Below the pieces are notes generated by a model, which saw nothing but the letters and a program-made list of their open reading frames with translations, was not told where the DNA came from and ran no database searches. Below, one piece after another: positions 17,361-28,100 of a DNA stretch of 32,000 bases. Origin of the DNA: Microcystis aeruginosa NIES-843 (GTDB taxonomy: Bacteria; Cyanobacteriota; Cyanobacteriia; Cyanobacteriales; Microcystaceae); assembly GCF_000010625.1 (NCBI RefSeq), contig NC_010296.1, positions 3,990,001 to 4,022,000 on the forward strand, read 5' to 3'. Position 1 is the stretch's first letter, and every line of letters starts with the position of its first letter. The position numbers and the translations under genes are program-made.

Positions 17361-17380
17361 CTAGCGAGTAGAGGACAAGG

Positions 17381-18045
17381 ATGAAATATTTAGAAGAATG
17401 GCGTGGTAGCGGGGTGGACGCGGAGTTAATCCATCTCAATGTCACCAGTTTAGCGGGGTTATCTCCCAGTGAATACCTACTCTACTCCCAAGAATTACCG
17501 CGACGCAATGATGGCAGGGTTAGGGATAGTATTCTCAAGCGTTATGAACATACCAGTCAAGGCGGTTGGTGGTGTTCAGGAATTGACTTATTAACTGGTA
17601 ATTATGACCTTTGGGGCTGTTTTAAGCCCGATTTTCCCCGTTTAAGCTTCGATAAGGCTAAACCGATTAAGTACGAACATCCCCCCCAAACCCCTACGGG
17701 AGTCTTTGCTTTGCGGGTTCCCCTGAAAATTTGGCAAAGGATAGCCCAGTCTATCAGTATTAATATTTTAACTGAAGAAGTGGATAATAAGCAAGAGGAT
17801 CTCGGTTTTTGGTCTTGGGTAATCAAACATCCAGAGATACCTATTTGTCTTACGGAAGGAGCGAAAAAAGCGGGGGCATTACTAACAGCAGGTTATGTGA
17901 CAATTGCCTTACCAGGGATTCACAATGGTTATCGTACTCCCAAGGACGAACTAGGTAGGAGAATCGGCAAATCTCATCTAATTCCGCAGCTGGAAAAATT
18001 AGCTAATTCCGGACGAAAGATTTATCTAGTTTTTGATCAAGAAAC
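17381..18045 (+). pseudogene. DUF3854 (Toprim-like) / CyRepA1-like replication protein gene, 5' part, interrupted by an IS30-family element
   Basis: MKYLEEWRGSGVDAELIHLN..., then IPICLTEGAKKAGALLTAGY (Toprim-like glutamate) and KIYLVFDQE- (acidic motif). The frame then runs into the IS. Confidence 0.8.
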
Positions 18046-19136
18046 GCCAATTCAAAAATGAAACGCATCAACCTCAAGAGTTGACAAAGAAAGGCTCATC
18101 AGGTACTGTCTGATCATTAACAAAAACAAATCAGACCCAAAAATGAGCCACCAACATCTTAACATAGAACAAAGAAACTTGCTCTACCAACTTAGTCAGG
18201 AGGGAAATTTATCTCAACGGCAAATGGCCGTCTGGCTCGGATGTCATCAAAGCACAATATCACGGGAATTAAAAAGGAATCAAAGTTCCCTTGGCTGCTA
18301 TCTACCTGACACAGCACAAGCTCAAAGCGAGACAAGGCGAAAAAATGCCAAACAACCCTTTAAAAATGTCAGCGAGTCAGCCTTAGAGTTGGTCAAAGAA
18401 GGATTGAAAGATTATCATAGTCCCGAACAAATAGCAGGTCGTCTGAAAAGAGCCAGTCAAGAATCTCTCAGTCACGAAACCATCTATCAAATGATCTATC
18501 AGAACTATCACGGATGTGGAGAGTACCAGAAATATTTACGCCGGGGGCTTTGTCAAAGAAAGAGTCGAGGCGGAGCAAAAAGTAAGCGTGGAGGGATTCC
18601 AGGGCGTGTAGATATCAGCGAGCGACCAGTAATTGCTGACCAGAAAACTGAAATCGGTCATTGGGAAAGTGACACAATGATTGGAGGCAATCATCTAGGA
18701 GTTCTCGTTACTCATGTAGACAAGGCCTCGAAATTTCTAGTAGCAGGATTAGCCAAAAACAAAACCGCATCGGAAATCAATAGAGTCACAGAAAAACTTT
18801 TTCAAGAGATTCACCCTGACAAAAGAAAAACCTTTACTTGTGACAACGGCAAAGAATTTTGTGGACATCAAGAGTTGAGTCAGAAATTGGGAGCAGATTT
18901 TTATTTTGCTACTCCTTATCATTCTTGGGAGAGGGGATTAAACGAGCATACTAATGGACTATTAAGACAATTTTTTCCCAAGGGAACGAATTTTAAAATT
19001 GTTAAGCCAGAGCAGGTGGAAATAGCCGTAAACTTGATTAACAATCGTCCTCGAAAATGTCTTGACTATCGTACCCCGAATGAGGTATTCTATAAAGGTA
19101 GATCAGACAGTGATGCAATTCAGACTTGAATTGGCC
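18046..19136 (+). mobile_element. IS30-family insertion sequence (~1.09 kb)
   Basis: The 24-bp imperfect terminal inverted repeats GCCAATTCAAAAATGAAACGCATC (18046-18069) and GATGCAATTCAGACTTGAATTGGC (19112-19135) match at 19/24 positions. AAAC occurs on both flanks (18042-45 and 19137-40). There is a single transposase ORF whose stop lies in the right IR. Confidence 0.88.
18143..19129 (+). CDS. IS30-family DDE transposase
   Basis: 328 aa. N-terminal HTH (LSQRQMAVWLGCHQSTISRELKRN) and the DDE blocks HWESDTM, TCDNGKEF and NEHTNGLLRQFFPKG. Confidence 0.93.
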   Translation: MSHQHLNIEQRNLLYQLSQEGNLSQRQMAVWLGCHQSTISRELKRNQSSLGCYLPDTAQAQSETRRKNAKQPFKNVSESALELVKEGLKDYHSPEQIAGRLKRASQESLSHETIYQMIYQNYHGCGEYQKYLRRGLCQRKSRGGAKSKRGGIPGRVDISERPVIADQKTEIGHWESDTMIGGNHLGVLVTHVDKASKFLVAGLAKNKTASEINRVTEKLFQEIHPDKRKTFTCDNGKEFCGHQELSQKLGADFYFATPYHSWERGLNEHTNGLLRQFFPKGTNFKIVKPEQVEIAVNLINNRPRKCLDYRTPNEVFYKGRSDSDAIQT

Positions 19137-19140
19137 AAAC

Positions 19141-21514
19141 TAAACCAAAAACCCAACAAGCGGTTAATTTAGCTTTACAGAGAATGGGTTATCTATTCAG
19201 TCAGGCTAACTGTGAGGTAAAGGTGGTTACTTGGGATGCTGCTGACGGTAAAGGGGTGGATGATTTACTAATCAATCGAGGGGAAGATTACTTCCAACAA
19301 GTCTATCAAAAAGCTACCTCTTGGGAAATTTGGAAGGCAGCGAGTTTAAATAGTTTAACTCTCCCACCTCATCTAGAGTTAAATAGCCGTTACTTGCCAG
19401 ATATTGCCATCCCTACATCAGCGCAGTTAATGGCGATTAAATCGGCTAAAGGTACGGGGAAAACTGAGTTTTTAGCCAAGATAGTTAAACAGGCTATTGC
19501 CAATCAACAAAAAGTTTTAGTTATCGGTCATCGGGTGAAACTGGTGGAGGAGTTATGTCAACGCTTTGGTTTAAACTATATCAGTCAAGTTAGGGACAAT
19601 CCTGCGGCACAAATTTACGGTTATGGTTTATGTATTGACTCTCTCCATCCCCAATCACAAGCTAAATTTCAAGCGGAAGATTGGCGAGAAGCTATCATTA
19701 TTATCGATGAGATCGAACAGGTTCTATGGCATGGGTTAAATGGGGATACTTGTAAAACTAATCGTGTGGCAATTTTAAGATCCCTAAAGTCCCTGCTGCA
19801 AACTGTGGTCAGCAGTGGGGGCAAAGTCCTAGTTGCCGATGCTGATTTAAGTGATATTTCCCTAGAATACTTAACTTCTCTAGCGGCTATTAAACTAGAA
19901 ACTTTCTTGATTAGTAACGAGTGGAAACCTAATTATCAGCAAGCTTGGCAAGTTTATAACTACTCTGATAATACTCCCCAACAGCTAGTTAAGGATTTAG
20001 TTGAACATATTAAAGAGGGAGGAAAACCTTTTGTTTGTCTATCGGCACAAAAATTAACCAGCAAATGGGGGACAATTACCCTAGAATCTTATCTAAGAAA
20101 GCAATTCCCTCAGAAGAAAATTCTGCGGATAGATTCAGAGTCATTGCCAGATTATGGTCACGCTGCCTATCAAGCGATTGGCAATTTAAATCAGTTGTTG
20201 CTTAACTATGATATAGTTCTAGCTAGTCCTGCGATCGAAACGGGAATTAGTATTGATATTCAGCAACACTTTACCTCGGTTTGGTGTTTAGCACAGGGAA
20301 TTCAAACTCCCACTTCTATCGCTCAATTTTTAGGGAGAATTAGAGAGAATATTCCTCGTTATATTTGGTCAGCAGTGTACGGATTTAATCAGGTGGGCAA
20401 TGGTTCCACTTCTATCCCCAAACTTCTCACCTCTGGACACCGACTAACGGAGGTTAATATTCGCTTATTACACCAGTCAGATTTAGAATCTCTGGAGGAT
20501 TTAGATACAACTTTTCAAGCGGAATCTCTCCTCTGCTGGGCAAAAATGGCTGTGCGAGTAAATGCTTATATGCTTAATTATCGTCAGTCAATTCTAGGTA
20601 TTTTACAAGCAGAAGGTCATAGAATTAAAGAACGGAATCAGGAAGAAGAACTAGAAATAAATAATCAGTTAACGGCAGCAATTGAAGAAATTAGGGAACA
20701 TAATTATCGTTCTGAATGCAAGGCCATTGCCAGCGCTTCTGAGATCACGGAATCAGAATATCGTTGGCTAAAAAAACAGTTAATTAAGTCAGTGAAAGAA
20801 AGGAGAATTATCAGGAAATATGACCTATACAAACGCTATGGAATCCCCGTCACACCGCAATTAGTGATTAAAGATGATCAAGGATGGTATCAAGAACTAC
20901 GCCTACATTACTTTTTGACAATTGGGCGACAATTTTTGTGCGATCGAGATGCTTTAATTGCGCGTAAACTGATAGAATCAGGTCACGGAAGTTTGTTTAT
21001 TCCCGATTTTAATGGTAGTCAATTAGGAGTGATCATCGGGACGTTAGAAGTGTTAGGAATTCCCGTATTATTAGCTAACCCTGAAAGAGAATTAACTAAT
21101 CATGATGCCGATTTACAAAAAATGGCCGAAATCGCCATTAAAAACCGCAACGAGATTAAAACTATCACCAAGATTAACCTCTCTAATACTTCCCGTCCTC
21201 TGACGATTATTCGTAATTGTTTGAACTTGTTAGGTTATGAATTAACCAGCAAGGGCAGCCAGAGAATTGCTAAAAAATCTCTAAAAGTTTATCAGATTGT
21301 TGCCCCTCATGATGGTAGAGAACAAGTGTTTAAACAATGGTTATTTAGAGATGAAAAATGTGCGGGAAGTTCTGAGATTTGGTATGAGGACTATCTCTTT
21401 TCTCTCACCCAGAAACCATCTCTAGGCGAACCAGAAAATGCTTATATTCAATTAAGTCTAGAATTTAGTCTAGCTATGGGGAAAATTGTCTATTTAAGCG
21501 ACTTTTTTGCCTAA
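19141..21514 (+). pseudogene. DUF3854 / CyRepA1-like gene, 3' part (rest of the Toprim-like domain + P-loop NTPase/helicase-like domain)
   Basis: After the IS the frame continues as -TKPKTQQAVNLALQRMGYLFSQANCEVKVVTWDAADGKGVDDLL. It has Walker A SAKGTGKTEF and Walker B IIIIDEIEQ. Joining 17381-18045 to 19141-21514 gives 3039 nt, or 1012 aa, in frame. Confidence 0.8.
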
Positions 21515-21985
21515 AATGACCACATCAGCCAGAAAATTGTCTAGATCGGCAATTTGAGGTAAATAACCCCATCGTTGAAAGCCGAATTTTTCAAAGAGAC
21601 GAATACTGGCTTGATTGTGGGCAAAAATAATACAGATAAGATTAGATATACCCAATTTGGGACAGCGATTCAGGGCATATTCTACTAATAATTTACCGAT
21701 TCCACGACCTTGATAATCGGGGGCAATATATAAACTAACCTCTGCCGTTTTTTGGTAAGCGACACGACCATAAAACATCTGTAAACTCAGCCAACCCACC
21801 ACCCGACCTTCGATCGCTATTACCCAGATGGGATACTGTTCAGGATTGTGCTTTTTAAACCATTCTCGCCGACTTTCGAGGGAAATAGGCTTTAAATCTG
21901 CGGTTGCCTTGCGAGTGGGAACAGCAGCATTATAAATCTCGATAATTGTTGGTAAATCTGTTTCTTTGGCCTCGCGAATAATCAT
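21494..21985 (-). CDS. GNAT-family N-acetyltransferase (phosphinothricin-acetyltransferase-like)
   Basis: 163 aa. MIIREAKETDLPTIIEIYN... with the acetyl-CoA motif QGRGIGKLL and the C-terminal block HNQASIRLFEKFGF. Confidence 0.85.
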   Translation of the reverse strand: MIIREAKETDLPTIIEIYNAAVPTRKATADLKPISLESRREWFKKHNPEQYPIWVIAIEGRVVGWLSLQMFYGRVAYQKTAEVSLYIAPDYQGRGIGKLLVEYALNRCPKLGISNLICIIFAHNQASIRLFEKFGFQRWGYLPQIADLDNFLADVVILGKKVA

Positions 21986-21994
21986 AGAATATCA

Positions 21995-22029
21995 AGTAAA
22001 AAGTCAAAAGTCAAAAGTCAAAAGATAAT
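21995..22029 (+). repeat. Heptamer tandem repeat AAGTCAA (3 exact units + 2 degenerate)
   Basis: AAGTAAA AAGTCAA AAGTCAA AAGTCAA AAGATAA, read directly. Confidence 0.85.
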
Positions 22030-22136
22030 ATTTCTTATTTTCTATCTACCTATCCGGTTGATTCTCAGGATAAAGTATAACCTAATTTTGCCTTGTCTCC
22101 TAACTTCTGAATTCTGCTATATCTCTCAATCTTACT

Positions 22137-25100
22137 TTAAAATTGAGTTTGATAGCGGACGGTAAACTCATTCAAATTGTAATCGTAGGAAAAGCGGATA
22201 AAAGACTGGGAATTGACTCGATAGACGGTTTCCAAATTGGGAAGAATATTAAAATCCGTTGCCCTGATCGCATTACTAACCGCATTCTCCACATCATACA
22301 CGACTCCTTGAGCTAAGAGGGGAATCGCCAACTGAACCACTCCAAATTGAATTAATTGTTCTGTATTTTTCCCCTGTAAACCATTAAAAACCGACAGCAA
22401 TTGTTCCCCCAAAAGTCGAACGATTTCCCCTTGGCTGCGGGGGGGAGTGCTGGTTAATTTAACTAGGGGAGTATTAAGCAATCCCTCATCTTCACCTCTA
22501 GCAAAAGCCACTGCTTGTAAACAATTAGCAGCTTTTTGTAATTCTGTATCTGTATAGTTTTCCTCTAGGGGAAAAGGTGGACTATCGGGACGAATTTGGC
22601 ACACTTCATTGATATTACGTCCTAAATTTGGTAGCAAGCGGTTTAATTCCCCTTCGACGCTGAGGGTGACATCGATCCTTTGAATGCGATTGAGGCTATC
22701 ATCGGGAATTTCATTGCTAGGAAAATCCCCCCCCGGACGGGAGATAGCAAAATCGCGAGATTGAGAAAATTCGCTGAGAATTGTTCGCAGTTGAATATCA
22801 ACAAAGGGATTAAAAAGTCCCAACCCGCGACTAGAATCGAAAACAATAACATTTTGATTGCGTCGGTTAAGAAGAAAACGAGTATCGATGTAACTAACCC
22901 GTCCTCGCTCGAGATTAATCACTCCATTAGTTTGTAATTTCTCCAGTGGAGTGAGCGGACCGTTCAAGGTTAAAGCACCACTAAAATCAAATTGATACAA
23001 AGGTTCTTGCTCGATTGATAATCCTGCTAAAGACACTTGGAAATTATTTAAAACTGGAGTAATATTTGTCGTCTGAGGAATGTTGAGAGGCTGCAGCCAG
23101 CGACTCACTGGTTTATCCGTTTCTTGATTAATTTCTGCGGTGCGAGGAAGAAAAACTTTACCCCTAGAAAGACGCACATTCCCCCCGATAATTGGTTGCT
23201 GAATTGTTCCCGTTACCATGGCATTCCCAGCAATTAATCCCCGATAAAGACCATTAATTGCTATATCTCCCTCTTGAATATTAACTGTTAAGGGATTAGG
23301 ATTATTTTTGATGGCTTTAAAGAAAGGTAAAACTCCCACCACAGAAATTTGTCTGTCAGCGATCGAGCCTTGTAATTCCTCTACTGTTAAGCTTTCAGGG
23401 GTTAAACCAATGCGGCCATTTACGGTTAAAATCTCTGGAAAAGCAACACTGCGGATAGCGGCATTATCGAGAGTAACTATACCATTTGCTTCTAAATCTT
23501 TGATTTTTAAGCCCTCTTTTATATCTAATCTTCCCGTCGCTGAAAGAACTACCTCTCCCTCACCGTTAACCCATTCGATGGTGTTTTGACTGATAGCTTC
23601 GATTAATTTGATTGCATCGGTTCCCAATTTTGCTTGGATTTTTAATTGATCATTACCCGGTAAGGGAGGATAGGGAATGCTGGCATAGATTTGGATTGAT
23701 TCGGAGGAGGTTGTCCGCAAATCAAAACGATACTGATTATAGGTAAATAAACCAATTATATCCTGATTAATATTTTGGGCATTAATTGCACCGTCAATAA
23801 AGGCAAAATTACCCTGAATACGAGGATTTAATAAGGTTCCTGCAATTTGTCCTTGAGTTTTTAGACTACCAGATACATCCAAGGGAAACTGCACAAAATT
23901 TCTCAAGAGATCCAGAGAAAGATTTTCCACGGCAAAAGTTCCCTCTACTTTGTTTAGGGAAAAATCACCCGCTAAAAATACGGAAGAATCTCGTGACTTT
24001 AATCTAATCGGTTCTATCCTGAGCAACTGACGATTTAAGTTAAGATTAATTGTTACTTCATCAATCGGAATTAATTGGGTATCGGTGGTGACAATTCCCA
24101 GAGAGTTAACAATATTTACCGTCGGTCTTTGGGGTCGCCATTCCCATCTATTGCCCTGAAATTGTACGGTAAGATCGGGATTTTTTAAAGTCCCAGTTAA
24201 GGCTATATTTGCTTGATAACGGCCGCGAAAATCTAGTTCAGAAGGTATCCCGACTACCCCTCTTTCCCTTGCTAATTGCTGGATTATTTCTTCAATTTTT
24301 GCCCGCAAATTTACCTGTTGTGCTAGGGAAGCTTCGGAGTCACCTACTCCTAGGGGACTAAGTTGAATAGCCTGGTTACTCTCGGAGGAGAAAAGGTTGA
24401 TTAAACTGGTTAAATCATAGATACTAGCAACTGATAATAAATCTTGAATATAACCTTGATCTACCCTGAGTTTAGCTTCTATTGCTTGGGTTTGCCAATT
24501 AAATAAACCTTGCAGATTATATTGACTTGCACCCGCTTGTAAACTACCTTCTTGCAGTTGAACTATAGAATCCCGATAAACCAAATTTGCCGTTAATTTT
24601 TCCCCGATTAAGTTACCTAAACTAGGTCGGTTAATCTCTAGTTGTCCCTGTCCCTGTAAGTTAAATAAATTGATGTCTAGATTAGCATTCACTTGTCCAG
24701 CAATAATCCCTGGAACATTGTAGGCTGCCGTGGGAGATATTTTCAGGATTTCTAGGGGAAAATCGGCAATCTGAACATTTAAATTTTCGCCGCTTCGTTT
24801 AGCTGTTGCTAAAAAAGGAGTTTTATTTCCAAAAGCTTGGCGAATATTTATCCCTAAGGGAAGATAGGGCAGCAGACAATTATTTTGTTGACAAGGATCG
24901 AAAGTTAGGTCAATAATGTCCTGATTTCCTCGCAGATTTAAACTAATATTTTGACCGATTCCTGCTTGCATACTTCCTTTTAAGATAGGTTCAAAGGGTC
25001 GATCATTAATGCTAAAATTCGCTAAATTTATATCTCCTTTGATTTGTATATTTCCCACTTTTTGCCAAGCAGTTAAGAGATTTTTTCCTGTGATTTGTCC

Positions 25101-28100
25101 TTGAAATTCTCCGCTCCCTGTCAGTGTCGATTCTCTGGGTTTCAAACGAGGATCGATCGGTAAAAGCGATATAATCTGAGTTAGCGGTACAGTAGCAAGG
25201 TCGGTTTTTGCCTGTAGATTTAAGTTAACCTCAGCGATATCGGGTTGACTGATAAGATTAGCTAAAAGAATATTTCCTCGCACATCAAAGCTATTTTCTC
25301 CCCACTGTGCCGAAAGATTATTAACCTGAATCGGTGTTACTCCCTGCCAAATTTCTTTAATGTTTCCCGCTAAATTGGCACTAAAATCTAATTTTGGAAT
25401 CGAGATTGATTTTATTGCTGGTAATTGTCTTAGTACGGCAGCGGGATCGAGATTAGCGGCAATAATATCACTTTGCCAGAAATTATTATTCAGTTGTGCC
25501 TTAGCTTTAATTTCTCCTTTAGCTAGATTAATACGAGAGTTAAAAACTGCTTTGATACTGCTTAAGTTGAGTCGTTTTTCTTGCAGGGAATCGAAAATAG
25601 TTTGGGCATTTCCTGCTGCTTGAAACCTGGTTTGGGAAATATGCAACGGTATGGGAATATTAGTCTGAAAATTCTCTAAGCTACCGAGAATATTAAAAAT
25701 ACCGTTGTTTAACTGAATATCAGTATTAATCGGATTATTATCCACTAACAACCGAGTATTTACCCTAGCATTGACGGTGGACAAATTAGGGATTTTTCCC
25801 GCTAACAATTCCTTGATTGCACCAGTGAAATTGACTTGGGTTTTTCCTAAACTAACAGGAATATTTATATTGGGTAAAAACGGATTTAAGTTAATGCCAG
25901 CCGTATTAACTATACCGCTTAAAATACCTTGTTCCAGTTGGGTTGTCGTTCTTAGGGATTGATTATTGACAAATAACTGTATATCTCCCTCTCCGCGCCA
26001 AGTTTGTAAATCCGTTAAAGTACCGCTAATCAGAGCATTTATTCTGCCAGCAAAGCTGATTTTTGCCCTGCCTAAACTAACGGGAACTGTTAAATTTTCC
26101 ACTAGAGGATTGAGACTAATTCCCCCAGTGTTGACTGTTCCTGTCAGAAAACCTCGATTCAGTCTGGCTGTGGCAATTAAAGGATTATTATCTACTAATA
26201 ACTCCATATTCCCTTGACCTTGCCAACTGCTGAAAATATTATTTTTATTATTTAGTAATTCTCCTAAATAACCTTGTAAATTAATTTGCGATCGCAGTAA
26301 CTCAACCTGAGTTGGTAAGTTAGGCAATAGGGAATTAATCGGCAATCCCGCTAGGACAGCTTTAGCCTGAAGATTTCCTTGCAATACTTGACTATTGACT
26401 GAAATTGTGCCTTGTTTACCGCTAATTCTTAAGTTAGTAATTCCGTTTAAGGTATTAACATTGATTTGGTCAATTTTGCCACTAATTTGAATATTAGCTG
26501 TCTCTAAATTTAAGGGTTCTAAGGTTTTTAGGTAGGGGCAAATACTATCCAAATATTGACAAACGATAGGCACAAAAGGAGTCAATAAAAAGTTATTACC
26601 CGTGATTTTTGCTTGGACTAATTTGCTAGTAAAATCACCATTACCATTAACCTGTAGTTTGCCGCCATTTGTTTTAATGACCGTATCGGTTAAATTTATT
26701 TTGTTGCCCCCTAAAAATACTTTACCCTCCCCAGCAACATTGATTAATCCTGACTGATTAACCCTGGGTATTTGCCAATTAATTAATAATTGTGGCAGTC
26801 CTAAACTACCCCTAGCTTTAATATTAGCTTGCAGATCGTTTATATTAATTTTAGCGGGAATTGTTGCCAGTTGAGATAAAATTTTTCTCGTGGGAAAATT
26901 AGCTTGTAAATTCAAATTAATTGGCATTTTTGTCCCGTCAAGAGGTTGATTTTTTTGCAGGGATTGCAGAATATTTAACTGCAATTTTCCTTCTCCTTTA
27001 ATTTCTCCACCTGCGACGGGTTTAATTTGAATTTTATCTAAATTAAGACGATTGAGATTTGTTTGAAAATTACTGGTTATTGATTGAATAGGAATTTGCT
27101 CAAAAATAATCGGTTTGCTGTTGCTAACGGTTCCTTTAATTAGAGGTTGATCTAGTTTTCCCGTCACTTGAAAAGTAGATCGTGCTTCTCCCCGTAAATC
27201 TAGAGGTGATTGCAGATAAATAATTCTTAAAAGTTGTTGTAAATCCACCGATTCTAGAGCGACCTTGAGATGATAACCAGTTTGCCAATTTACTTCTCCT
27301 CTCACCTCAGTTTTAATCTTGCCAATAGTTGCGGTCGCTTGTTCAACTAATACTTTGTCTCCCTGTAAATTTAACTTAGTTGTTAGCTTAATTGGATACT
27401 GGAAAGGTTGGAATTTTCCCGCTACTTCCGTCACCTGAAAATTGCCATTACCTTGACTTTGATTTAGCTTTGCCCAACTGGGAATATTGAGAGCAATATT
27501 AGCATTTACTTGTCCTTGATTTAATTGAAAATTGCGATTAGGAATTAAAGTTAATAGTTCACTTAAGTTTAAACGGTCGATCTGAAGATTAGTTAGGCTT
27601 TCACCCGTTTTTAACGCCGTTTCTCCTTGAATTTTTACTTGACTTTTGAGGATTTCTGCGCTGAAATCGTAGGTGAGATTTTGCTTTTGATTATCAATAA
27701 ATCTTCCTTGACCATCGGCCTTAATTTCTATCGGTTTTTTCAGGGCATAGGGTTGGATATTAATAGCTGCCTTCTCCACCTGAAAACCCAGATTTAACCT
27801 AATGGGTGCCTCCCGATCAAAGTTACTAGATATTTTATCTAAATTATCGAGCCATTGACCATTTTTATCCTGATCGAGATAAATACTGGGATTAATTAAC
27901 TTGACATCAACCGGCAGCGGCAGACCTAAAAGTAAGGGCAGTGGATTTAATCCCAATTCGATCGCATCAATAGATAAACTATCAGCAGAATTGGCCGTAG
28001 CTGGAATTTCCGATTTACCGATACGAATGCGATTAAAATAAAAGCCCTCTATCTTACCTACCCTGACAGGTCTGTGCAGCATTTCACTGAAGATATTGTC

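Noticed and set aside
22643-26217. Seven 63-93-aa ORFs inside or antisense to the TamB-like gene
   Set aside because: They are shadow ORFs within a 6.1-kb continuous CDS. Their composition is AT-rich and repetitive, with no motifs.
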